A stretch of DNA of 64,000 nucleotides from the NCBI GenBank assembly GCA_015680685.1, contig MNCI01003158.1, forward strand, positions 191,309 through 255,308, given 5' to 3'. The stretch comes from Gnetum montanum (lineage: Eukaryota > Plantae > Gnetophyta). Position numbers and translations under genes: made by a program. The notes below the pieces were generated by a model that did not search any database, had not been told where the DNA came from, and was given only the letters and a program-made list of their open reading frames with translations. Shown piece by piece: positions 14,601 through 26,600 of the stretch (positions are counted from its first letter, which is position 1; each line of letters begins with the position of its first letter).

Positions 14601-17600
14601 TGTTTTTTCTTGGCTGTCCTTTGTCAACAGAAAAGGGGTACCCACTTAGGTCTAATTTTGACTTTGTGGTGGGTGGCATAGGGTGAGGTTAGGTCGGGGC
14701 CATAGGCGTCTCCGGTTTGGGCAGTTTATGGCTATCAGAGGTCACGTTGTGTTTTGCCTGTGATGGTGGACCTCATGGTGGAGTTAGAAGGCTCTGATGA
14801 CCAGGAGAGGCTAGGGGGGTCTACAGTCTAAGGGGGGTTTTGGGGGTGATTTGGCTGCCCCGGGGTGGGGCGGGGGGTTGTCTCAACCCCCAAACCAAAG
14901 GGGNGTCTCAACCCCCAAACCAAAGGGGTGGGGGGGTGGGATAAGCTGATTGCTATGGGGTCTAGGGTGGAGAAGAAGCTAGGGGCTGGGTGAGGATTGG
15001 CCCTTCCCTGGCATAGAGGTAGTGATGGAGGTGGTGGCATGGGCTTGGGAGGAGGAGCATGCCCTCTAGGAGGCAAAGTGGCACCAAAGGGAAGAGGAGT
15101 TCTGGACGTAGCTGGAATAGATAGAGCGCCAACACAGAAGAATCAAAGGAGGAAAAGATTCATTGGGACCTAGCAAAGGCGACGACGTTACATGTACTTG
15201 AGGTTGAACTCAAACAAAAAATATTTTAGTGGTGTTGCTCTTCCTTTGGCAATGCATATTTTTTTGGTAGTGTACCTTCTTTTGCATCGTGGGCATTTAG
15301 CACACTTATGATGCTCTTGGTAAGCTTAATATTCTTAGTCTTATGTGGGTTGGGCCACTCTAGACTCCTTTAGCAATGCACTTCTAAGTTGGATCCATGG
15401 TTCTTATGACAATTGATGGACTGCTACCTCAAGGTAGCCTTTGTAGTTACTTTTCTTATGATACATTGATTTGGCTCACTGTGTTGAATTTCTTTTTATT
15501 TATGATGCATTTGTCTGCCTTTTGGTGCTTGGCATATTTGGGACTTCAGCTTCTCTTATGTACGCCTTCCTCAAGTAGTATTTAGTAGGGTTGAGGTTTG
15601 CTTCTTTTTGCTCCTTGTACTCACAATTTGAGCTTTATTCACTCATACTTCAACAAATCACCACCTTCGCAACCTTTTGGTTTATGAATGCTTTCTACAG
15701 CGGTTGTTCCAATGCTACTTCTTTTCTTATTGATTCATATTGTTGTCTTTTATTCTTATATCTATCCTTCTTCTTCACCTTACAAAATGAGGACTTGGGT
15801 TCCTTTATGCTTTGTAAATAGTTGTGTCTTGATGATTTGTTGTAACCTTTCATAACAACTTTATGGCTTAAGTTAAGAAACCAATGATTGTATCTTGACT
15901 TAAGAGTATATTCCAACCACATCGTTGGTCTACCTACACCCGTTGTTTCAATGCTGCTTCTTTTCTTATTGATTCATATTGTTGTCTTTTATTCTTCTAT
16001 CTATCCCCCTTCTTCACCTTACAAAATGAGGACTTGGGTTCCTTTATGCTTTGTAAATAGTTGTGTCTTGATGAACTATTGTAACCTTTTTTTATATCTT
16101 TATGGCTTAAGTTAAGAAACCAATGATTGTATCTTGACTTGAGTATATTCCAACCACACCGTTGGTCTACCTACACATGTTGTTGCCTATGTTTGTTTAT
16201 TGTTGTGGGCCTACTTGATGAGGAGATCACCTTGCCCTTGTGTAATCCTCAATGTATCTTTGGTATGTGGGTGTGTTGTTTGCATATGTCTTCTTGTGTT
16301 GAGCTTTTGATGATGATTCTAGGGTGTTTTCCCATGTTTGGGAGTGTTTTGGAACTATTTTGATGAGTCTAGGAGGTTCTGTGGGCTATGGGGACTTGTT
16401 TAGGGGTGTTCGGATGTTCTAGACCTCTAAATAAGCATCTTTGTGTTTTGCCCAGGTAGGTGAGACGTCCCAATTGCAGGTGAGACGAAAGTTGAGATAC
16501 TATATGATTTTGAGATGTCTTAGCCAAACTTGAGATGTCCTAGCTAGAGTCAGGATGTCCTAGCTAGTAACAACCACTTTTAGGCAAGATGTCTCATTCT
16601 TCTTTGAGACGTACCATGCGGATTTTAACAGACATTAAATTGAATGGCAAGTTAGAGGAAAGACAAAAGGTCACACCAAGAAGCTATAAATAAGAGTCCA
16701 AGGAAGAATGTTAATTAGGCTAATTAGAAGGAAGATGGTTAATCTCAAGAAGAGAAGAGAGATTTGAGAGATCTCTTGAGAGCTTTTGCAAGAAGAGTTT
16801 GAGTGAGAGGCAAGGTAGAGCACTTGAGAGAGGTTGAGAGAATCTCTTATAAGTGTCTTGTCTTGAGCTTGAGCTCCATTGTGAGCAATTGAGGATTGAG
16901 AGGGGACATGTGTGGCCTCTAAGATCCTTGGGAGAGGTGTGAGTTGAGCTTGGCTCCTCTTCTTTGTTGTAATTCTCTACATTTTGAGAGTTTTTTTTTT
17001 ATAAAAAGGGGATTTTTCTCCAATTCATTATCTTCTTATTTTCTAAGTTGAAATTGCTTAAGAAGATTGTGGAATGGATCCTTTTAGAGTCTATTGAGGT
17101 AGGCTTCACATCAGATTGGTATCATAGCTTTTGGTTTAGAGGAATCCACACATATGCACTTGGTTTGGAGGTTTCCATACTTGAATTGTTTATCTTCATC
17201 AAGCTTTTGAAGAAATTTTAAAGAATTTTGAATCTTTATAGCCACTTAGGATTCGGAGAACCTAAGATTGGTAAAAATTACTTGAATCTTGTGAGATCAA
17301 GTTTCTTTTATGATATTTGAGCACCAATTTATTTGAAAGGCTAGGGTTTCAAGTGAATTGCTTCAAATTTACACTTTTATGTTGAAGCTTGGTGTTTTCT
17401 TTGAATGAAAGAAACATTGTTGTGGGTATTTGTGCATTTGCTTTTGGATATCATTCTTGTTGGTTTAAGTTTTACCTTTGGACCTATTAAAGGTGTGCCT
17501 CTTAAGAAGAAGACAAATCAAGAGCTTGGACAAGAGCTTTAAGAGCTCAAAGGCTCCTTTAAGGCATTTGTGGTTGAAGTGCAAGAAGTTCTTCCCAAAG

Positions 17601-20600
17601 TCAAGGCCTACAAGCACCGAGATTTTGTAGAAACTTCAAGAAGAAGGGATATGGAGAAACTCAAGACAAACTTGGGAAATATTTTGAGGAGACTTGAGAA
17701 TATATCTTCTAGCTATTAAGGAAAAGAAGAAGATGAAAGGTCTAGTGAAGTAGAGATCAATGAGAAAAGAAGTTCTCAAGTATCTCTTATTGAGCAAAGG
17801 AGTGCTCAATACTCAAAGGTTTCATTAGAGTGACTAGGAGCTTCATCAAAGGGACTAAGAGATTTTCAAAGTCCAAGATGGTGTATGCTATTGATCAAGA
17901 AGAGTTCCTACCTCATGAGTCGAGGATGAAAGATCAAAGCCAAAGGAGTAGCAAAGATCAAAGAATTTCTTCTAGGAAGATCAAAGGTAGCACTAGAAGG
18001 TATGATTCTCATGCTTTTTGCAATTGTTCTGTACCTTGTGGCAAGGGAAAAGAGATTCTAAGCCAAGTTGAGGCTATCTCATTGGAGAGAGATGAGTCTT
18101 CTAGCCAAGGTATGTGGAAGAATGATTGCTTTGATGATGTTTTTGATGAAACTGATGTTAAAGCCATCGAGGAGAGTTTACCTTTTGAGCTTGTACCTCC
18201 AAAATGGGATGAAGAGCTTGTTGATGATTCCTTTGAAGAGGAGAAGCCATTGGAATTGGGAACTTTTATTTGGGATCTTGAATCTTCAAACTTTGATGAG
18301 ATTGAACAGCCACATGTTGAAGATCAAGCTGAAACAAAGATGGATGGGAGAAGCCATCAAGAGGTAAGTGAGTCTAGCTTGCAAATGGTAGTAATGTCTC
18401 TCATGTTGAAGCTATTGTGATGGATGCTAGTATTTCACTTTAGATTGATAGGGGTTTGTTCAATGGTAATGATGATTATCATAATCATTGTGGTGAGTGT
18501 GATGAGAATGAGAGTTCTGTTGTGACTTTTGATGCCATTTTTAGTGTGAGGAAGACTAATAATGGTAATTTGTTTAATGATGATGGCTATGGTAGTAGTC
18601 ATTATGAGAATATCATTATTAATGTTGGTGAGGACATTGATAGTGATGAATTTAATTGTCTTGGCTGTGAAATGGATGAGCAACATGAAGGCAATCTACA
18701 TTGTGGTGCTAATGGGTGAAAGCAAGCTAAGTGGTAGTCTTCTAGACACCAAAAGGAAGAAGGTGAAGAAGAGGAAAAAGAAGGGAAGAAAGGATGTTGG
18801 GTTAATGAAGCCTAATCCTTTTGCTTTTTCTTATTCTATATTTGTTGCAGGTTTGAGTCATCATGGGATGAAAGGGAAGCATTTCAAGGAGATGCTCAAA
18901 TGAAGAAAGCATGGTGGGGCATGAGGACAAGCCTCCATGATTAAGAGAGGCTCAAAACAAAAACCTCAATTGATACTCATTCTCATGTTTTTGATGCATT
19001 GAGTTTTGATTGTTGTTTAAGTGTGATGGCCTTGAGTCATGGGGGCATGATACCTTCTAGCTTGTCAAAGGTCATTAAGCATGACGTTTTAAGGGTGGGA
19101 GAGATGATGAGGACATCACCCAGCCCTTGTGTAATCCTCAATGTATCTTGGATATGTGTGTGTGTGTGTTGTTTGTGTGTCTTCTTGTGTTGACCTTTTG
19201 ATGATGATTCTAGGGTGTTTTGCTATGTTTGGGAGTGTTTTTGAGACTATTTTGATGAGTCCAAGAGGTTCCAGGGGCTATGGGGACTTGTTTGGAGGTG
19301 TCCAAACATTTTAAACCTCAAAACAAGCATCTTTGTGTTTTGCCTTGGTAGATGAGACGTTCCAACTACATTTTAGATGTCCCAGTTGAGATGTCTAAAC
19401 CAAACTTGAGATGTCCTAGCTAGAGTCAAGGCGTCCCAACTGTTAATAGCTACTTTCAGGCAAGATGTCCCATTCTTCTCTGAGACGTCCCATGTAGATT
19501 TTAATAGACATCAAATTGAATGGCAAATTGGAGGGAAGACGAAAAGACACACCAAAAAGCTATAAATAAGAGTCCAAGGAAGAAGGCCAATCAAGCTAAT
19601 CAGAAGGAAGAAGGTTAGTCTCAAAAAGAGAAGAGAGATTGAGAGAATTTCTTATAAGTGTCTTGTCTTGAGCTTTAGCTCCATTGTGAGCAATTGAGGA
19701 TTGAGAGGGGACATGTATGGCCTCTAAGATCCTTGCGAGAGGTGTGAGTTGAGCTTGGCATCTCCTCTTTGATGTAATTCTCTACATTTTGAGAGTTTTC
19801 TTATAAAAAGGGGATTTTTCTCCAATTCATTATCTTGTTCTTATTTTCTAAGCTGAAATTGCTTAAGAAGATTGTGGAATGGGTCCTTTTGGAGTCTATC
19901 AAGGTAGGCTTCACATCACTACCTTTGTGTGTTCTTATATGCATTACCAATGCATGGTTGTATGTGCCTGCCTTGGCATGTTGCCTTTGTGCATGGTGGT
20001 ATGTGCTTGCCTCGGCACATTGCCTTTGTGCAGTGGTGCTCGTGCCTTTACATGCTACTATGTTTATTTTTCCTTGTAGTGAATTTGGTGTCATCTCTTA
20101 CCTAGTAATCCCTTAGCGGTGCAAGTATCTTTATGTTATGTGTTTTGTTTATGTGTATCTTCTCATGCATTTTGTCTACAAGTGTCTTTTCATGTGCTTC
20201 AAGCTTCATTTGTTGCTGACACACTTTATAACTTGCCAGCCTTCCAAATGTGAATGCCAATAGCTAATGTGAGAGAAACAAGCAAGTGTATGTAAAATGC
20301 AATAGAAATAACTTAAAAGAAATGCATTCAACTGATGCATCTAATTCATCATACATGGAGACAGGAAGAACCTTTTACATGTTGTTTTAAGATTAGGGTT
20401 TTCTCTATTTAGTGTTAGGGTATTTTTCTATTTGCAAAGTGAAACCCACCCAATAAGATCACCGAACTTAGTGATGCAATTTATATAGCTTGTTTGGTTG
20501 GAGTTAGGCTTTTGCTTATCTAACAGCCCTTCTGGGACCTTGCTTAGCAGGATGAGCATTGTGGCTCTGGGTAATGATCCTTTAGAGCCTGTTTGGTTGG

Positions 20601-23600
20601 GTGAATTTGAAGAGGTTGAATCAGTGGAGATGCTTGAGTTTACAGATTCATGAATCTGAACAGATTACACCTTCATATGTGAAATCTGAATAGAATAAAA
20701 AAACGAAAGAATTGGTGGGCCTGACATGAATTAATTTGGGTAAACTTCCATGGAATTAAGTGAAATCAAACAATTTTCTAAATATAATGGGTGGACTTTG
20801 CCAATCCAATGCTTGGAGAACTGGACAACCAAACACGCCTTTAGGTAGTTGAATTGGGGATCTAGGAGTTCAGGTGATTGCAGCTTCCAAGACTAGAATG
20901 AGATCTAGAGTTCTATTGTTCTCATTTGCATCTTTCTAGACATTGTTTAATTAGAGTATGAAATAAAAAGAAAAATGCATTATATGTGTAACCATGGATT
21001 TCTACCATTGATTAGTATTGATTTTCAAGAACATTGTGCAGAATGTTTGCTTTCAAATTATTTTATTTAAAAAAGTTGGCTGGGGGGACGTCAAAATTTG
21101 AAAAGAAAAGATATAATGCAGAAAAAGGAAAAAAAAAAAACAATAGGTGACTAGCACTTTGTTGGGGGCATTGCATGAAGTACAAATAAGTTGTTTCTTG
21201 TTATTATTCCTGATGAAACAGGAAAGACTTTGATTGATGTCATCTATGAAAAAATGCTCTGTTGTTAACTCATCTACTGATTGCTGGAAAGGTTACAATT
21301 CAAAATGATGTGAAATCATTATATTGCGAATCAATCCAAGTGTGTTAAAGATCTTTGGACTGGTACCAACACAAATTTAATCAAAGGAACATGGGATAAT
21401 GTGGAAGTTTCCCTTCCCATGAGAGAGCCCATAGCATTTTATCCGTCATACTTTATTGACTATATGTGAACACAGAGGTTGGCAAGAATAAGGGTAATGT
21501 ATTTTATAGCTTGATAGATGGAATTTTCAGGTATGGACTATCATTGAGCATTGCAAAGTGAAGAGATAGCGATTGTTAATTCTTTCCTCATTCATTTTTA
21601 GTGACTCAATGTAGACTGAAACCAGAAATCAATTCATTTATTGATTGTAAGAATTTTTGTTTTTCAATAAATTTCTTTTATCTGACAATTTCTAGTACTA
21701 TTGTGTAAAAATTTGTTTGTTATTTGTTGTTACCAAAAAGTAAATTAGATCAATAGTCGTAAAATTATATTGTATATTAGGATGTTATATCTAAATGCGA
21801 AACAGACTCTCCAAAACAGTCAGCTTTTCTTCATTTGACTCCAAACACTGAAACTAACAAACGCAATCATTTACATTATGAGTATCTTGACGTCAACTGA
21901 ACCATAGCATTCCAGGCGCTAGCATTATCAAATTAACATATCAATTTAATTATTGGAAATCTTTTGTTCTATTTGCATAAAATTAAGTTGCTTTTTCATA
22001 TTGTTTGTTGTTGAGAAAGTAATTTGCAACTGCTTTTTGGTGAAGCACTTTCTGTTTATTTCCCTTGATAACATGTCCAATTATCTGATATTATTGATAT
22101 TTATTCTTGTGAAGGCAGCAGGATTGTTTCCTACCTATGAACTTTTGGCTTTATACTCACGGTTGCATCCTCGGTTAAAATTTAAATCGATCTTAGTAAG
22201 TTCACCTCTTTATGTTGAATTAAGATTGTTCAGTGTAATAATATGTACATTTTGAAATGAACTCTTTAGTTAAACAGAAATACATAAAAATGTTTATGGG
22301 GTATCTAACATATGAGCGGCATCTATTGGACACTGCTACGCATGTTGGGAATTTTTGAATTATTGCATATTAATAGAACCGCATCCCTTACCCATATAGG
22401 AATCATTTAAAAGCTTTATTCATAGAAGTTTAGACCTTACCTTTGGTATTGTTGTAGTTCCAGTGCTTACACTTTAGTTGATAAGTTCATGAAAAACCTT
22501 TGATATTTCACTAGTAGAACCAACTGAACATGGGGGCATGAATGTCCATAAATTCATAGGAAGGCTGTGGTTGCAAATGTACATTTAACGCACTTAGTAA
22601 TAGTTATGATCAATATCTGAATATGGTTTGTTATTCACGATGCCCAAGAAACCATATTGTGAGAGTAGTAATAAATTGTTGCTCGTGGTTTATTTGACAA
22701 CATTTCCTTGCACCGTCAAATGTCTCTGCCAGGTAAATTGATGAGTGTGGTCCTAATACGTGTATGGGGTTTACTACACTTTTACGTATTAGCAATTAGC
22801 ACAATGAGCTGGTTTCCATTTTTTTATTGCACAAATTTGTACTAGCACCATTAACATTTTTATATATTTATGTTAGTCAGCAGATCTGATGGTTTATAAC
22901 ACTTCTCGTCAAAGAATTGCTTCAAAAACTTGATTTTGTAATAAATTTTTCTAGATTTGCCCCAAATGAAGTTGGGGATATGTGGAAGAAGGGGATGAAT
23001 ACAATATATCATTAGTAATGCTAATGGAAAATTAGGTACCTAACTAAATACAGTTCAGACCTAATCTATTTCACTTCTCATATGGATAATATTTGGGTGT
23101 GGGTTTTATTTTTTTTTTTGAGAAAATATTCAGAAGTATATTACTGACAAAATATAGTACAGGAAATTACAAACCGTGGGTCATCAGCGATGGCCCTCAG
23201 TGGGTGGGGAAAAAACGCCAAGTCACAAAACAATCTGACACCTCAATAGTCATGCCAAAACCACAAACCCCTCAGAAAACCCAGCAAACGCCTTGGGTGG
23301 GGTGGGGTGGGGGGGTGTGGGTTGGGGGGCAAGCAACCCCCGCGGTTCGAAACAACATCCCCCCTAGGGGTTCGTCAGTAGCCAATGGTAGGCATAGTGT
23401 GGGCGCTCCAGCTCATGCAGGAGGTCCAACGTGTTTTGGTGGTCCTCCGTGTCCATGAAACTGGCAGCCTGTTGGATACCTTGCATGGCCGACTCTCGCC
23501 TGTTCCGGTCAGCCGGCGAAGTTCCCCCATCAGGATGGAAATGCGCGGAGGTTCGGCGGTTGTGGTGCCTGAGCTCGCCCCAGGAGCTATCGCAACTGAT

Positions 23601-26600
23601 GCCTAGGATGAGGTATGGGCACCGCCCCCCTCTAAGCCATTGTTGAGCACTGTGCTCGTGTGCCCAATCGAGTTGTCGCTATCGTTGCTCCTTTTCCTCC
23701 TGCATGCGTTCCTATTCCGCCCGCTCTGCCTCTTCACGTTCCCTTTGGGTAGCTTCCTCCTATAGCAGTTCTTCCTACACTTGGGCCTGAATTTCATCCA
23801 CTAACCAGGCTCAGGCAATGTCGACCATGAGGTCTTGCTGCCTCACCCTCTCCTGCTCCCATTCGTAAAATTAGGCCTCCAAGTCGGGTTGGGCCTATGC
23901 AATGGCGTCATGCCATCTGGCCTCCCATTCCCATCGTTCAGCCTCACGCGCTTCGGCTGCTGCCCCCTCCAAATCTGTTGCCAGCCGGGCCACCTGCGGG
24001 TTTTAAATTGAGTGAAAGTGGTTGTAGAGATTCAATAGGTGGTCATGAACTATGTAGTCTTTAGCAATAATCCCTTTGTGGTTTGTAATAGCTAACATAA
24101 TTGGAGCACATTATACATAAGTAAGATATTACAGTTACAAATTTGGTTGATTTGTTCCAAATGTTACCAAGAATACTTGTTAATTTCTTATTAACGTTTT
24201 CAAAAGTTATAGCATGTACATTTTTACTTCCCAATAGATCCAGAGGGTCTACTTGCATAAGAAAATTTGAGTTTCAGTTTTTGTTTCATGATCTAAATAT
24301 ATAACATAATACAGAATATGTTTTGTATGATAGGTCAAAGATGGATTTGGTTACTACTAACCTATGGTTAATTGTATGGCCACTTGACAATTTCATTGAC
24401 AATTCATTTGGAAAAGGTGTAATTGTCAAATACCATCGTGATGCTATTCATATTCAGATTTATTAAAGAAAAGTGTTGATATTGATTATTATTCTTGTGG
24501 CCGAGTAAAAAACTGAACCTTTGCTTGAATACCATAAGTTGGAGTAGAGCAGAAATAAATTCCTAGTTTGAGGACAGTTTGTGAATCAATGAGAAAGCTT
24601 AAACCTCTACTTATGTTAAGACTTGTTTTTAAAAAAATGACTATACAATGGTATTTAGCGCTACATTCTTGTTATCCATAATTTCTATTTAGTGCCATAT
24701 TTTGATTTTGTCCTGGTTGGTTTGGCTGAAGTGCTTTGTCTTGTTAGCACCATGGTATAGTCAAACAAGAATAAATGTCCTAAAATTCACAAAGTCTGAG
24801 ACATATAGAATAGAATGAAATCTGCATGATGTACCTCATGGATGATTTTTGAAGTTTGCTATTCCCTTAAAGTTTAATGCATATGTATTTTCTTTCACAG
24901 ACATATTTCATCGAGAATGCAGAACTATCATCAAACTATTTCCTTGTAAATTGTGATGCTATGCTGGTAAAGTTCATCAAATGATATGTAGAATTGCAAC
25001 TTGTCGTTCAGCTTTGAAAAGTTTATGCTTTTTAAGAATGGTTTCCTTATCACTCTAACTTTCTTTATTATTTTAACAGGCTGCTGCAAATGTTATTGAT
25101 GATCTTCCATTACGGTTGCAAGAAAAATACCTTTTCTGTACAAGGTATATAATACAGAATGAGATTACAGTCGGGCGGTGACCTTATATATAGATTTATT
25201 GCTTATTTGTATATTGTTTTGATGCAAAATCTCTTAGCGTTGATACTTCATAAGAAGTCCTTGTAGTCAACTAGAAACAAATGGGAAGTATCACATACGA
25301 GTTGGATTTTTCTGCAGTTTCACCTCTGGTTTTTCAATAAACTGAACAGACCATTTTCTTTTGTGGAACAAGTAAAAAGAGATTATATTAATAAGCTCAA
25401 CAAAACATAGGAACAGCCGTAAACTAGACCTTTGTGCATTTCATCGCATCATTTTCAAACTTGGCCTTAGAGGTATGACATTTTTTCACCTCATAGTGGG
25501 CAAGTGACCCAAATCAATTTTGCAGCATTATGTTTTTAGATCATGCAGTTCAAACATGGGACCAAATTCTTCTAAAATATCATACAATAACATGCTCATA
25601 TATTTCATTAGATGGATTTCATATCTTAGTCAGAGGTACTATTCTGGTAATTATTGTTGCCAAATCAGCCCTCACATAATCATCGTCATCATCCTAGCCT
25701 TGTCCTAACAAAATGGTGTCAGCTACAAGTTCTCTTTCACCTTTTGCCTCTATGAAGAGTAAGACATTTATCTGTTTGCAATTTGTTTGTAACATGTTTA
25801 ATGATTTTTTCCCAGGTCTACTTTGGTCTTCGTTTTGGCATCGTTTTGGCAGCTTTCCTAGAATTGTGATGTGGCAACCTTTTTTGATAATGCTTGTTAT
25901 CTGATCTTCTTTGAACATGACCAAGCCATCTAAGATGTCATTCTTGTAGCTTATCTTATTTGAAATTGAAGCAACTTTAGGCCTTCCTGTAATTGTTGTA
26001 TTGTACAATTTATGTTTACGTCTAACATTCAACAACCATCTAAGCATTCATATTTTTGCCACATTGATTTGTTATTTATGCCTCTTTTTTAACAGCCCAA
26101 CATTTAGCTACATATAAAATAGCAAGCTTAATTGTTAAAATACTACTAACCTGGCTCTGTTTTGACCATCCTGCAACTGTTTGCATAATGTTCCTAATAA
26201 GGTGTCATATATACTCTTCCCAATAGATGAATACTTATACTAGATATTTATTATCATCCCCTTGCATGTCTCCCCATAATTTCTTAAATGATTAAAAGTG
26301 CTAATCTTTCCGTTGTTTCAAAACTATAAACCTTTGCAATTGTACAACCTGATTGAGGACTAATAACACATGCATTTGTTATATTCGAGCAAAAATCATT
26401 GTTCGCACAAATATTTTCTTAGTTAGCTTTGTTAATGGAAAATTGCCATTATAATTTATGCAAGGATGTGCATAAATATTTATGGCTTCTCTTTCTTCTG
26501 TTTTTCCAAATTTTCTTGTTAAGGATTAACAGGAAAGATGTATTCTGATGAAAACCTATTTCTTCCAGTCCCATTGACATGGATGACAAGATTTGTGTTG

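Larger units (their letters stand above)
16216..19918 (+). mobile_element. Non-autonomous LTR retrotransposon, CRM (centromeric chromovirus)-like
   Basis: Paired LTRs with TGATG...CATCA ends, tRNA-Met-type PBS, PPT, TSD CTACT/CTACC; the 2-kb internal region has no recognisable RT, RNase H or integrase. Confidence 0.9.

Noticed and set aside
14880-14929. Perfect 24-bp direct repeat GTCTCAACCCCCAAACCAAAGGGG
   Set aside because: The copies are separated by a single N, typical of unmerged overlapping contig ends.
21205-21230. CTGATGA..GAAA hammerhead-like string
   Set aside because: Only a CCTG/CAGG mini-hairpin; the required three stems cannot be formed.
23093-23797. Four listed ORFs over the retroposon (three plus-strand, one minus-strand)
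   Set aside because: They are antisense or off-frame shadows of the GC-rich J-domain frame.
23364-23993. J-domain frame as a functional host gene or simple retrocopy of a host DnaJ mRNA
   Set aside because: Seven stops rule out function of this copy. Collinear similarity to the LINE-a 3' end and a GC content unlike the host exons favour a LINE origin, though a database search is needed to exclude a retrocopy fully.
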